Of a DNA stretch of 64,000 bases, positions 23,853-33,568 are shown piece by piece. The DNA is from an uncultured Actinomycetes bacterium (GTDB lineage: Bacteria > Actinomycetota > UBA4738 > HRBIN12): the NCBI GenBank assembly GCA_963704885.1, contig CAVPIB010000001.1, positions 736,001 through 800,000 of the forward strand, written 5' to 3'. The position numbers were made by a program, and so were the translations under genes. Every line of letters starts with the position of its first letter. The first letter of the stretch is position 1. The notes under the pieces were generated by a model. That model ran no database searches. It saw only the letters and a program-made list of their open reading frames with translations, and was not told the DNA's origin.

Positions 23853-24605
23853 GTGAACGACGAGGATGGCTACTTCGACGAGCGCGTCGCCGCGAGGTAC
23901 GACGAGTCGGAGGCAGACATGTTCGACCGGGCAGCCGTCGACCCGGTCGTCGACTTCCTCGCCCAGATCGCCGGGAGCGGGCGGGCGCTCGAGCTCGGGA
24001 TCGGGACCGGCCGGATCGCGCTCCCGCTCGCGCAGCTCGGCGTGCCGGTTCACGGGATCGAGCTGTCACAGGCCATGGCTCGAAGGCTGCGTGAGAAGCC
24101 CGGCGGTGAAGCCATCGGGATGACTATCGGCGACTTCGCGACGACCAGGGTCGACGGGTCGTTCTCGCTCGCGTACCTCGTCGACAACACGATCATGAAC
24201 CTGACGACGAAGTCGGCGCAGGTCGCGTGTTTCCGCAACGTCGCGGCGCACCTCGAACCCGGCGGCCGTTTCGTGATCGAGGTCATGATCCCCGATCTGC
24301 GGCGGCTCCCTCCGGGTGAGACCTTCAAGGTCTTCCACGGGAGCGCGAGCCACTGGGGCATCGACGAATACGACTTCGCAGCTCAGGGCCTGATCTCACA
24401 TCACCTCGAGACCGTGGACGGCGTGCTCGAGCGTGTCTCGATTCCCTTCCGGTACGTGTGGCCCTCCGAGCTCGACCTCATGGCGGAACTCGCTGGGATG
24501 AGGCTCCTCGAGCGCTGGGGCGAGTGGGATCGCGAGCCGTTCACCAACGACAGCCGTAAGCACGTCTCTGTATGGGAGAAGCCGGCCGTTCGGCGAAGCG
24601 ACTAA
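23853..24605 (+). CDS. Class I SAM-dependent methyltransferase
   Basis: ALELGIGTGR, GIELS, GDF and HLEPGGRF motifs; GTG start chosen. Confidence 0.9.
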   Translation: MNDEDGYFDERVAARYDESEADMFDRAAVDPVVDFLAQIAGSGRALELGIGTGRIALPLAQLGVPVHGIELSQAMARRLREKPGGEAIGMTIGDFATTRVDGSFSLAYLVDNTIMNLTTKSAQVACFRNVAAHLEPGGRFVIEVMIPDLRRLPPGETFKVFHGSASHWGIDEYDFAAQGLISHHLETVDGVLERVSIPFRYVWPSELDLMAELAGMRLLERWGEWDREPFTNDSRKHVSVWEKPAVRRSD

Positions 24606-24617
24606 GGAGGAACATCG

Positions 24618-25025
24618 ATGACGCAGGATCCTGAGCATCTTCGCGCGTTCGCCGAGCGCTACACCGCGGCCTGGTGCAGCATGGATGCGGCCTCAGTGGC
24701 CGCTCACTAGGCGCCGGAGGGCTCCCTGGCGGTCAACGGTGGTGTGCCCGCCATGGGCCGCGACGCCATCACCGCGGTCGCGGCCAGTTTCTTCGAAGCG
24801 CTCCCGGACATGAAGGTCCACTTCGATGACCTCGTCGTGGAAGAGGATCGGGTCGAGTTCCACTGGACATCCACCGGCACGAACACCGGACCAGGTGGCA
24901 CGGGAAACGCTGTGCGGGTGAAGGGCTTCGAGTCGTGGACGATCGACGATGACGGGCTCATCGCTGCGTCGCGGGGGAGTTACGACGCCGAGGAGTACGC
25001 TCGCCAGCTCGCGGAGGGCGTGTAG
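24618..25025 (+). pseudogene. SnoaL/NTF2-like (ester cyclase family) gene interrupted by one in-frame TAG
   Basis: AAGGAGG RBS then ATG; FAERYTAAWCS..VAAH-TAG(24708-24710)-APEG..FHWTSTGTNTGPGGTG in a single frame. Confidence 0.8.
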
Positions 25026-25128
25026 GGGGAACGACCCGCTGTGGGAAGGGATGCCGACCGACCGAAACCGATCCTGACTCGACCGTTCGCGAGGAGCCGG
25101 CCGACTGAGAGCGGCTAGCCTTGATGCC

Positions 25129-26562
25129 ATGACGCCCGAGCAAGATCCGGACGGGCCGGCCGGAACCGCGAGGAGCCACGACGATGCGGCCTTCCGCCGG
25201 TTGAGCTTCTGGCATGCGACGGTGCCGGGAACCCTCGCGCCGCGGCAGGCGCTGCGAGGCGAGATCCGGGCAGACGTCGCTATCGTCGGCGCCGGCTACA
25301 CGGGCCTGTGGGCGGCCCACTCGCTCTCGTCGGCCGATGCCGGGCTCCGTATCGCGGTGGTCGAACGGCAGATCGCCGGGTTCGGCGCCTCCGGAAGGAA
25401 CGGCGGATGGGTCTCCGCGATGTTCCCCGCGACGAAGGCGCGCGTCGCCGCCGAGCACGGCCGCGACGCCGCGATCGCGATGCAGCGCGCGATGTTCGAC
25501 ACCGTGGACGAGATCGGCCGTGTATGTGAGGTCGAGGGCATCGACGCGCACTACCGCAGGGGCGGCTCGCTGGGGTTCGCGGTGAACCGCCCGCAGGCCG
25601 ACCGTCTCATGAGGATCGTCGATGAGGAACGCGCATTCGGTTTCGGCGAGGAGGACTCGGCGTGGCTCGGAGCCGCAGAGGCGCGGAGCCGCATCGACGT
25701 GCCTGGCACCGTCGGCGCGATCTGGACGCCGCACTGCGCCAGCATCCATCCGGCGCGTCTGGCGCGCGGGCTCGCCGACGCGGTGGAACGCCGCGGCGTG
25801 AAGGTCTTCGAGCGGACGCCCGCGCTCGCGATCGAACGCGGGCGCGTCGACACGGCCGGAGGGTGCGTGCGGGCTGACGTGATCGTGTTCGCGACCGAGG
25901 GCTACGGGACGGATCTCCCCGGACGTCGACGGATGATGGCCCCCGTCTACACGTACATGGTCGCGACCGAGCCGCTGCCCCCGGCGTTCTGGGACGAGGT
26001 CGGCTGGTCGGGACGGGAGTGCGTGTGGGATGGACCGCGCCTGTACCTGTACGCGCAGCGGACGGCTGATGACAGGATCGCGATCGGTGCCGGGCGCGTG
26101 CGGTACCCGTTCGGCTCCCGGTCGCGCCCCGCGATGGACCGCCCTCCGGCGATCTTCGGCGCCATCCGCCGCATCATCACCGAGCGATGGCCCGCGGCGG
26201 CCGGCGCAGGCATCTCCCATGGGTGGGGCGGCGCCGTCGGCGTGTCGCGGGATCTGTTCCCGTCGGTCGGCCTCGACCGCGCGAGCGGCATCGCGTGGGC
26301 GGGTGGCTACGTCGGCGACGGGGTCGCCGCGTCGAACCTCGCCGGCCGCACGCTCGCCGACCTCATCCTGGAGCGGGACACCGAGCTCATGCGGCTGCCT
26401 TGGGTCGGGCGGCGCTCGCGAGAGTGGGAGCCAGAGCCGCTCCGCTGGCTAGGCATCGAGGGCGGCTTCCGGCTGTCACAGTTGGCCGACGCCCTCGAGC
26501 GGCGGACGAACCGTGCCCCGAGGCTCCTTGATGCCGCGATCGAACGCGTGACGCGCTCGTAG
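25129..26562 (+). CDS. FAD-dependent oxidoreductase, DadA/PuuB-like
   Basis: IVGAGYTG, GASGRNGG, HPARLARGL, GYVGDGV, WEPEPLRW. Confidence 0.9.
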   Translation: MTPEQDPDGPAGTARSHDDAAFRRLSFWHATVPGTLAPRQALRGEIRADVAIVGAGYTGLWAAHSLSSADAGLRIAVVERQIAGFGASGRNGGWVSAMFPATKARVAAEHGRDAAIAMQRAMFDTVDEIGRVCEVEGIDAHYRRGGSLGFAVNRPQADRLMRIVDEERAFGFGEEDSAWLGAAEARSRIDVPGTVGAIWTPHCASIHPARLARGLADAVERRGVKVFERTPALAIERGRVDTAGGCVRADVIVFATEGYGTDLPGRRRMMAPVYTYMVATEPLPPAFWDEVGWSGRECVWDGPRLYLYAQRTADDRIAIGAGRVRYPFGSRSRPAMDRPPAIFGAIRRIITERWPAAAGAGISHGWGGAVGVSRDLFPSVGLDRASGIAWAGGYVGDGVAASNLAGRTLADLILERDTELMRLPWVGRRSREWEPEPLRWLGIEGGFRLSQLADALERRTNRAPRLLDAAIERVTRS

Positions 26563-26672
26563 CCAGTGTGACGAGGGGTTCGCTCGTCGAGCACTCTGAG
26601 CGGCCCCGAGTTCCATGGTGCCGAAGCCCCTCGGACGTTCCTCTCTAGCTGGCTAAGGTGTAGCGTTCCCTG

Positions 26673-27125
26673 ATGCTCCTGTGTCCTCCTGTGATTCGGA
26701 GGACGCCGACGACCCCAAGTTCTGCAGCGAATGCGGTGCCGCCCTCGCGCAGCAGGTACGGCGGCGCAAGGAGCGCGAGTTCGCGACCGCGCTCTTCGCT
26801 GACCTCGTCGGCTCTACGGTGCTGGCCGAGCGAGAGGATCCCGAGGTCGTCCAGTCGGTCGTGGGACGTACCTTCGATCGTCTGTCTGAGAAGATCGAAC
26901 GCCACGAAGGTCTCCCCGAGAAGTTGTTGGGCGATGCGGTGCTTGCTGTGTTCGGTGTGCCGCGTGCGCAGGAAGAAGACGCCGAACGCTCCACGCCGCC
27001 CTCGAGATGCTGGCCGTCCTATCGGAGCTGAACGGCGGCTTCGCGGCCGAGGGGAAGCCGACCCGTGCGATGCGGATCGGGGTCGAGGTCGGCGAGGTGC
27101 TGGTCGACAAGGTCGATCGGGCCTG
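26673..27125 (+). pseudogene. Frameshifted, truncated copy of the 5' end of the cyclase gene at 16967
   Basis: KFCSECGA, REFATALFADLVGST, EDPEVVQSVVGRTFDR, GDAVLAVFGVPRA; then ELNGGFAAEGKP..MRIGVEVGEVLVD in a shifted frame. Confidence 0.9.
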
Positions 27126-27185
27126 CAACTGATGCGCAAGGCCACGGCCGGAGACTCGCCGGGATCAGCCGGTGAGGGAAACCAC

Positions 27186-27626
27186 TCAGCTCGTTGACGC
27201 TTCGACCGTGGCCTTGATGTTCGCTAGGTCGCTTCGAAGGCCCTTAGGTAGGTCCCGCGAGATCTTGAACATGGTGATCTTGGCCAGCAATGTCGGTTCG
27301 ATGAACTCCGCTCCCTTGGTGAGCAGGGTGTTTCCGGCGTCTTCGCGGAGAGAGAACCGATGATGGAGGCGCCCGAGCGCGCCCGCTGACATCCAGCCGA
27401 ACTCCTGCGGCGCCGTCATCTCAGTGATGGTGCTCTCTTCCCGCTGCGTGCCGAACTGCTTGGCCGTGGTCGAGAACTTCGTTCCGACGACGACGGGGCC
27501 GCTGTCGGCCCTCGATACCTGAAGGCCGTGTCCCCCCCACTCGCTATGACGGGCGAAGTCACTCACGTACGAGAACACCTTGTCCGCCGGTGCCTGGATG
27601 GTGGTGGCCTCTTCCCATCGCTTCAT
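27186..27626 (-). CDS. SRPBCC/START-like protein
   Basis: TIQAPADKVFSYVSDFARHSEW and C-terminal DLANIKATVE helix; GGGGG RBS. Confidence 0.85.
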   Translation of the reverse strand: MKRWEEATTIQAPADKVFSYVSDFARHSEWGGHGLQVSRADSGPVVVGTKFSTTAKQFGTQREESTITEMTAPQEFGWMSAGALGRLHHRFSLREDAGNTLLTKGAEFIEPTLLAKITMFKISRDLPKGLRSDLANIKATVEASTS

Positions 27627-27649
27627 GAAGTCCCCCTTGCGCTTCGCGC

Positions 27650-27733
27650 ACACTATGCCGGGGGTAGGGAGCGGTCAACGCAGGCCCTCGGGTGTTGCCA
27701 CCGCTTGACGACTCGCCAGGCTCGGGTGACAGT
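27650..27733. promoter_or_regulatory. Divergent housekeeping-sigma promoters
   Basis: Minus strand TTGACC-N17-TAGTGT (27678 to 27650); plus strand TTGACG-N17-GACAGT (27705-27733), 6 nt before the ATG at 27740. Confidence 0.6.
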
Positions 27734-27739
27734 AGCTGG

Positions 27740-28804
27740 ATGACCATCCCAACCGAGCCCATCGGGAGCATCCCTAGGCCGCAGGAGCTTATCGAGGGCA
27801 TGCGCAGAGCCGCGGCCGGCGAGATCACGCTGCAGACGCTTGAGGCGCTTCAGGACGGTGCCGTCCGGGACACGATCCAGCGGTTCGAGGCGACCGGATC
27901 GCCGGTGATCACCGACGGCGAGCAATCGAAGCCGAGCTTCATCACGTATCCGACAGCGGGTCTTGAGAACTTGGCCCCTGACGGGGTCACCATCCCGTTC
28001 GTCGACGGGCATGCGAGACAGTTGCCGCGACTCACGTCCGGTCCCTTCAAGTACTCGACCTACGCCTCCTCGTACACGGAGGCCGCCAAGCGCTACGCGA
28101 CCGCGCCAGTCAAGCAAGCCGTGATCTCCGCGTCGGCCATCTCTCTCCTATACCCGCCTGACGGGATCGAGGGTTATCCGCAGGAGACGTTCCTAGAAGA
28201 CCTCGTCTCCGAAGCCGAGTCCGACATCCGCCGGTCGTTGGAGGCAGGCGCCGACAGCGTCCAGATCGACTTCACCGAGGGTCGGCTCGCCGTGAAGCTC
28301 GACCCGTCGAAGGGACTCCTAGGAGCCTTTACGGATCTGAACAACAGGGTCCTCGATCGCTTCCCCGACGACGAGCGGAAGAGGATCGGCGTCCACACCT
28401 GTCCGGGGGGCGACCAGGACTCTACCCATAGCGCCGACGTCGACTACGCGGAGCTCCTGCCGAGCCTGTTCGATCTGAACGCCGGCAACCTATACATCCA
28501 ACTGGCGAGCGAGCCGGACCGAACCCGGGTGCTCAAGATCATCGGCAAGCACGTGAAGCCCGGCCAGAGGGTGTTCGTCGGCGTGATCGATCCTATCGAC
28601 CCGAGGGTGGAGACTCCCGAGGAGGTCCGCGACCGCGTGCTCGAAGCCGCCGAGTACATCCCCGCCGACCAGCTCGGCTCGTGTGACGACTGCGGTTTCT
28701 CTCCGTTCGGTGACGACGTATCCACAGCCCGAGACACCGCGTTCGAGAAGATCCGGGCTCGCATCGAGGGCACCGAGATGGCTGCCCAGAAGCTCGGACT
28801 CTGA
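27740..28804 (+). CDS. Cobalamin-independent methionine synthase II family protein (catalytic barrel only)
   Basis: PIGSIPRP, ITDGEQ, HTC and DCGF zinc-ligand motifs, GVIDP..VETPEEV. Confidence 0.85.
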   Translation: MTIPTEPIGSIPRPQELIEGMRRAAAGEITLQTLEALQDGAVRDTIQRFEATGSPVITDGEQSKPSFITYPTAGLENLAPDGVTIPFVDGHARQLPRLTSGPFKYSTYASSYTEAAKRYATAPVKQAVISASAISLLYPPDGIEGYPQETFLEDLVSEAESDIRRSLEAGADSVQIDFTEGRLAVKLDPSKGLLGAFTDLNNRVLDRFPDDERKRIGVHTCPGGDQDSTHSADVDYAELLPSLFDLNAGNLYIQLASEPDRTRVLKIIGKHVKPGQRVFVGVIDPIDPRVETPEEVRDRVLEAAEYIPADQLGSCDDCGFSPFGDDVSTARDTAFEKIRARIEGTEMAAQKLGL

Positions 28805-28844
28805 ACGCAGCTAGAGCTCCACGGTCCAAGAAGGCAGCGGCGGA

Positions 28845-29177
28845 TCAGTATCGGCCGTACAGATCGCTGGCCGGATCGAAGAAGCCTCCGGCCGGGCGTG
28901 CGTGGGCGTGCCAGTGGTCGGGTATCCGACGCCGCTCGGGGTCGACGTAGTAGCCCTCTTCGCCGTATCGGGCGGCCGCGATGAGTTCGAGATGGGATAG
29001 GAGCCGGGCCTCCAGATCGGGGCTGGGCAGTCCGTGCGTCCGCCAAACGACCATAGGTGTTCGGCATACCACACAGTCGGCCACCCAGCAGTCGTCATCC
29101 TCGTGGTGCCAGTCGCTCACCCGCTCGGCGGCGCAGAGCAGGCAATCCTCAGGAGAGTTCGATCGTGTCACCGACAT
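28845..29177 (-). CDS. Small HIT-like zinc-binding protein
   Basis: CLLC, CVVC and HWHAH motifs; start overlaps the DUF192 gene end. Confidence 0.7.
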   Translation of the reverse strand: MSVTRSNSPEDCLLCAAERVSDWHHEDDDCWVADCVVCRTPMVVWRTHGLPSPDLEARLLSHLELIAAARYGEEGYYVDPERRRIPDHWHAHARPAGGFFDPASDLYGRY

Positions 29178-29604
29178 CGATCCCATGTTCGTCGAAGAAG
29201 CCCTGCTCGACCTCGAGCGCACCGATGTACGGGGCGGGAGCGCCATATGTGGCACACGGATCCGCGGTGCATGGATCCATGTCGTGGATCGCCAGGATCG
29301 ACCCCTCGGCATCCCAGAACGCGATCGAGAGCGGGATCTGCGTGTCCTTCATCCAGAACCGATCCGTCGTCGCCCCTTCCTCTTGGGAGAACAAGAACAC
29401 CATGCCGGCGTCGACGTCCAGGGACGTTCGACCCATGAGCCCTCGTTGCCTCTCGACGGGCGAATCGGCCACCTCCACGCGGATCTCAACGGGCTCCCCC
29501 CGGCCGCGCAGCGTGGCGATGCTGATCTCGCTCGTACCGTTCGCCGGTGTTGCGCTGGAACAGCCGGCCAGGATGACGATGGTCGCGAACAATACCCGCC
29601 GCAT
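29149..29604 (-). CDS. DUF192 family lipoprotein
   Basis: LAGC lipobox, RQRGLMGR, GMVFLF, FWMKDTQIPLSIAF, ALEV. Confidence 0.9.
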   Translation of the reverse strand: MRRVLFATIVILAGCSSATPANGTSEISIATLRGRGEPVEIRVEVADSPVERQRGLMGRTSLDVDAGMVFLFSQEEGATTDRFWMKDTQIPLSIAFWDAEGSILAIHDMDPCTADPCATYGAPAPYIGALEVEQGFFDEHGIDVGDTIELS

Positions 29605-29662
29605 CGCCCTATCGTGCCAGGTCGGCGGGGTAACCCGTGGGCGTTGTTATCATCTCCCGACC

Positions 29663-29735
29663 GCCGGAGTAGCTCAGTCGGCAGAGTGCCTCCATGGTAA
29701 GGAGGAGGTCCGGGGTTCGATTCCCCGCTCCGGCT
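29663..29735 (+). tRNA. tRNA-Thr(GGT), CCA not encoded
   Basis: Acceptor GCCGGAG/CTCCGGC, anticodon arm cctcc-ATGGTAA-ggagg, GGTTCGATTCC. Confidence 0.96.
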
Positions 29736-29867
29736 CCGCCCAGACACTGAACCTTCTGCGCCGAAGCGCGCCCTCGGCGCAGGATGCGCCCGCACGACCG
29801 ATAGGGGTAGGCTTGCTTCGGTGGCCCGGCGCATGCCGCGTCGGACCGGACGAGGCCGGGGGACGTC

Positions 29868-30260
29868 ATCCGTCGCATCTTCGTGTTCGCGCTCGCAGGG
29901 GTGCTCGTGATCCCTGCATGTACCACTGGGTCGCTGGTACCGGTCGCCCCTTCGTCGCCGCCAACGATCGCGACGCCGTCCCCGACGGGTGTGCCGACGC
30001 CCCAGCCCCAAAGCTCGCCCAGCCCGACCTCGACCCCGACAGAGAGTCCGGTTACCGATATCCCGCCCCTGGGGGAGGTCCCAGACACCTCTATGGGCGC
30101 GGTTCTCATCTTGCTGCTCGACCGACTGGTCGACGCCGAGACACGAGCCGCGCGAGCAGAGGCCGAGATCCAGGCGCTCCGTGAGCAGATCGTCCGCTTG
30201 CAGGCCCAGCTCGACGCCCTGCGGGACGAGGTACTTCGACTTGGAGGCGGAGGAGCTTGA
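29868..30260 (+). CDS. Putative lipoprotein with Pro/Thr/Ser linker and coiled-coil C-terminus (start uncertain)
   Basis: (I)RRIFVFALAGVLVIPAC signal/lipobox-like; first canonical start is GTG 29883; TTGA coupling to the next gene. Confidence 0.6.
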   Translation: MRRIFVFALAGVLVIPACTTGSLVPVAPSSPPTIATPSPTGVPTPQPQSSPSPTSTPTESPVTDIPPLGEVPDTSMGAVLILLLDRLVDAETRAARAEAEIQALREQIVRLQAQLDALRDEVLRLGGGGA

Positions 30261-31966
30261 GTCAACAGAGCCGACCCATCGATCACCTGCGCGACAGCGT
30301 GGAGATCCTCGTGCGGGAGCGCGACGCGGCTCAGGAGGCGTTCGACAGCGGCCGCGCCGATGTGGAACGCCTGTCCGTTGCGACCACGACGGCGAAGGAA
30401 CACTTGACCCAGGTCGAGCGAGCTCACGCGAGCCGGCTCGCTGAGTCGCACGTGCGCAAGGATCCCGAGGTGGAGGCGACACTGTCGGATGCAGGGGTAG
30501 CGCTCGACGAGGCGCGACGCTCGCTGTGGACCGCACAGGCCGATCGCGAGCAGGCTGTCCGGGCCCTCGAGATCCTGAGGTCGGAGCTGGCCGACGCGCG
30601 CGCACGCCTGGCTGAGGGAGCCACCAGGGCCAAGCAAGCCGCCGTGGCCGAGCTTCTCGAACGCGCCAAGGTGGCCTGGACACCGGTCAGAACGCTGGTG
30701 GACGAGGTCGAGGCCACTCGGCTCGTCGAGCACGGGCAGGACCCTCCCGAGGTCGCTCTGATCACGGCGGGAGCCCAACGGTTCGAGCGAGAGGTGCTCG
30801 AGGGCAAACAGGCTCGTTCGCAGCCATCCGCGGGCACCGTCGCGGGCAAGAGCGCTACGACCGCACGACAACCCGTTCAGGCCGGGCCGACCGTCGCCCC
30901 GTCGGGGGACCGTTCGTCCATGATGCTGCGCTCCGCTGTCACCGTCGCGGGCGCGGCATCACTGATCACGGGCGCCCTCCTCGAGTGGCTCCGGCCCTTC
31001 GATGCCTCAGGGCTCGACGTCCAGTTCAGAGCGATCTACGCGTCGCACCCGTTCGAGGGCACTCCCTCGGGGCAGATCTCAGCAGGCGCCGTGATGATCA
31101 TCCTCGCCGGCGTCGCGCTGGTGGGACTCCTGCCCCGGGCGCGGCTGCTCACGCCGCTCGCCGGAGGTCTCGCGGTGGTATCCATGGTCGCGTACATATG
31201 GACGGTTGGCCGAAGCGACGTCGTGAGCTTCCCGTCCGACGTCGGGCTGGGAGCGTGGCTCGCGCTCGGTGGGGGAGTGATCCTCGTCGCGGCGGGCTTC
31301 ATCCCTGTGCGGAGGAAACCCGCGTCGACGGTGACGGGGGTGCCCGCCGCGGAGGTGGCCACGGTCGAGACCGCGTCCGCCGATCCGAGCTTGGCAGCTG
31401 CTGAAACCGCCACCGCTACCGCCACCGCCACCGCCCCCGCTCCGGCGCCGGTCGGGTCCGCCTCTCCTGTTTCGCCTGTGGCAGAACCGCCGTCTCAGGA
31501 GGCAGGCAAACGGCCCACCGTCGCCTGGCTGGTTGCGGGCGTGGCGATCCTCTTGCTCGTCGCCGCGGTGGGGGTCAGGAACTCGCAACCCGTTGAGGCG
31601 GATCTCTGGTTCAGGACAGTGAGCGTCCGGCTGATCTGGGCCGTGCCCCTGTTGGTGGGGCTCGGCGCGGTGATCGGATCGGCGTTCGCGCATCCACGCG
31701 CCGTGCTCGCGAGCCTCCCAGCTGCGAGCGAGGCACACAGCCGCCAGCGAAACGTGGTTTCCGCGATCATCGCCTTCGCGTGCCTCGCGCTCCTCGTGGT
31801 GGCTATCCAGAACACCCAGCAGGTCGAGGTCGACGTCCTGTTCACGACCGTAGATGTCTCGCTCACGTGGGTGATCCTCGGTTCCCTCGCGGTCGGCATC
31901 CTCGTGGGAGCGGTCGCCGCGAGGCGTGGCGTTCGCGTTCTAGTCCCCGCGTCGTCTGCAAGATGA
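30257..31966 (+). CDS. Coiled-coil plus multi-TM membrane protein with two LapA(DUF1049)-like modules
   Basis: Helical N-terminus of about 200 aa, TM bundle, Ala/Thr/Pro linker (ACCGCC repeats at 31406-31435), repeated TM-RNSQPV/QNTQQV-TM modules. Confidence 0.65.
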   Translation: MSQQSRPIDHLRDSVEILVRERDAAQEAFDSGRADVERLSVATTTAKEHLTQVERAHASRLAESHVRKDPEVEATLSDAGVALDEARRSLWTAQADREQAVRALEILRSELADARARLAEGATRAKQAAVAELLERAKVAWTPVRTLVDEVEATRLVEHGQDPPEVALITAGAQRFEREVLEGKQARSQPSAGTVAGKSATTARQPVQAGPTVAPSGDRSSMMLRSAVTVAGAASLITGALLEWLRPFDASGLDVQFRAIYASHPFEGTPSGQISAGAVMIILAGVALVGLLPRARLLTPLAGGLAVVSMVAYIWTVGRSDVVSFPSDVGLGAWLALGGGVILVAAGFIPVRRKPASTVTGVPAAEVATVETASADPSLAAAETATATATATAPAPAPVGSASPVSPVAEPPSQEAGKRPTVAWLVAGVAILLLVAAVGVRNSQPVEADLWFRTVSVRLIWAVPLLVGLGAVIGSAFAHPRAVLASLPAASEAHSRQRNVVSAIIAFACLALLVVAIQNTQQVEVDVLFTTVDVSLTWVILGSLAVGILVGAVAARRGVRVLVPASSAR

Positions 31967-32081
31967 GGCGTCCTCGAGACCCGCGCCCCTTATCGGTTCA
32001 TCCCGGGGTCCATCCCGGATCCGGATAGCCGCGGGTGGTGCCGAACGGGCATCGCCATAGGTAGACTCGGCTCCCGAACAC

Positions 32082-32156
32082 GGCGGCGTAGCTCAGAGGT
32101 AGAGCAAGCGGCTCATAATCGCTGTGTCGGTGGTTCGAGTCCACCCGCCGCTACCA
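32082..32156 (+). tRNA. tRNA-Met(CAT), probably elongator, CCA encoded
   Basis: Acceptor GGCGGCG/CGCCGCT, anticodon loop CTCATAA, GGTTCGAGTCC; TAGACT -10 upstream. Confidence 0.93.
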
Positions 32157-32196
32157 AGACGCCCGTCGGCCGACCATTAACCTCGGAGGAAGGACC

Positions 32197-33381
<1,185 letters not shown>

Positions 33382-33403
33382 ACATCGTGAGGGAGAACGA
33401 CTG

Positions 33404-33568
33404 ATGGCGAAGGGTGACAACCGCCCGAAGATCACGCTCGCGTGCTCTGAGTGCAAGCGGCGCAACTACAACACCGTGAAGAACCGGGTGAACGACCGGG
33501 ATCGGATGGAGCTGAAGAAGTACTGCCGGTGGTGTCGTACCCACACGGCGCACCGCGAGACCCGCTAG
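33404..33568 (+). CDS. rpmG: 50S ribosomal protein L33, zinc-binding form (absent from the ORF track)
   Basis: Own translation [54 protein letters not shown]. Confidence 0.97.
   Translation: MAKGDNRPKITLACSECKRRNYNTVKNRVNDRDRMELKKYCRWCRTHTAHRETR

Noticed and set aside
24708-24710. Pyrrolysine or amber recoding
   Set aside because: TAG terminates many genes here (nuoH, rpmG, fusA, rpsL), tRNA-Tyr has a normal GTA anticodon, and no pyl genes are present
26570-26632. Imperfect inverted repeat CGAGGGGTTCG...CGAAGCCCCTCG as a MITE or ncRNA
   Set aside because: Short, imperfect, single copy and without target-site duplication
20936-29735. attL/attR duplication of the tRNA-Tyr or tRNA-Thr 3' end, or an integrase
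   Set aside because: No second copy of either tRNA 3' end and no recombinase ORF found by eye; the 7-bp CGGCTCC echo before tRNA-Met is too short to be meaningful
32082-32156. tRNA-Ile2 or initiator identity for the CAT tRNA
   Set aside because: Paired 1-72 position and no GGG/CCC anticodon stem exclude initiator; the GGCGG acceptor and syntenic position favour elongator Met, though Ile2 is not formally excluded
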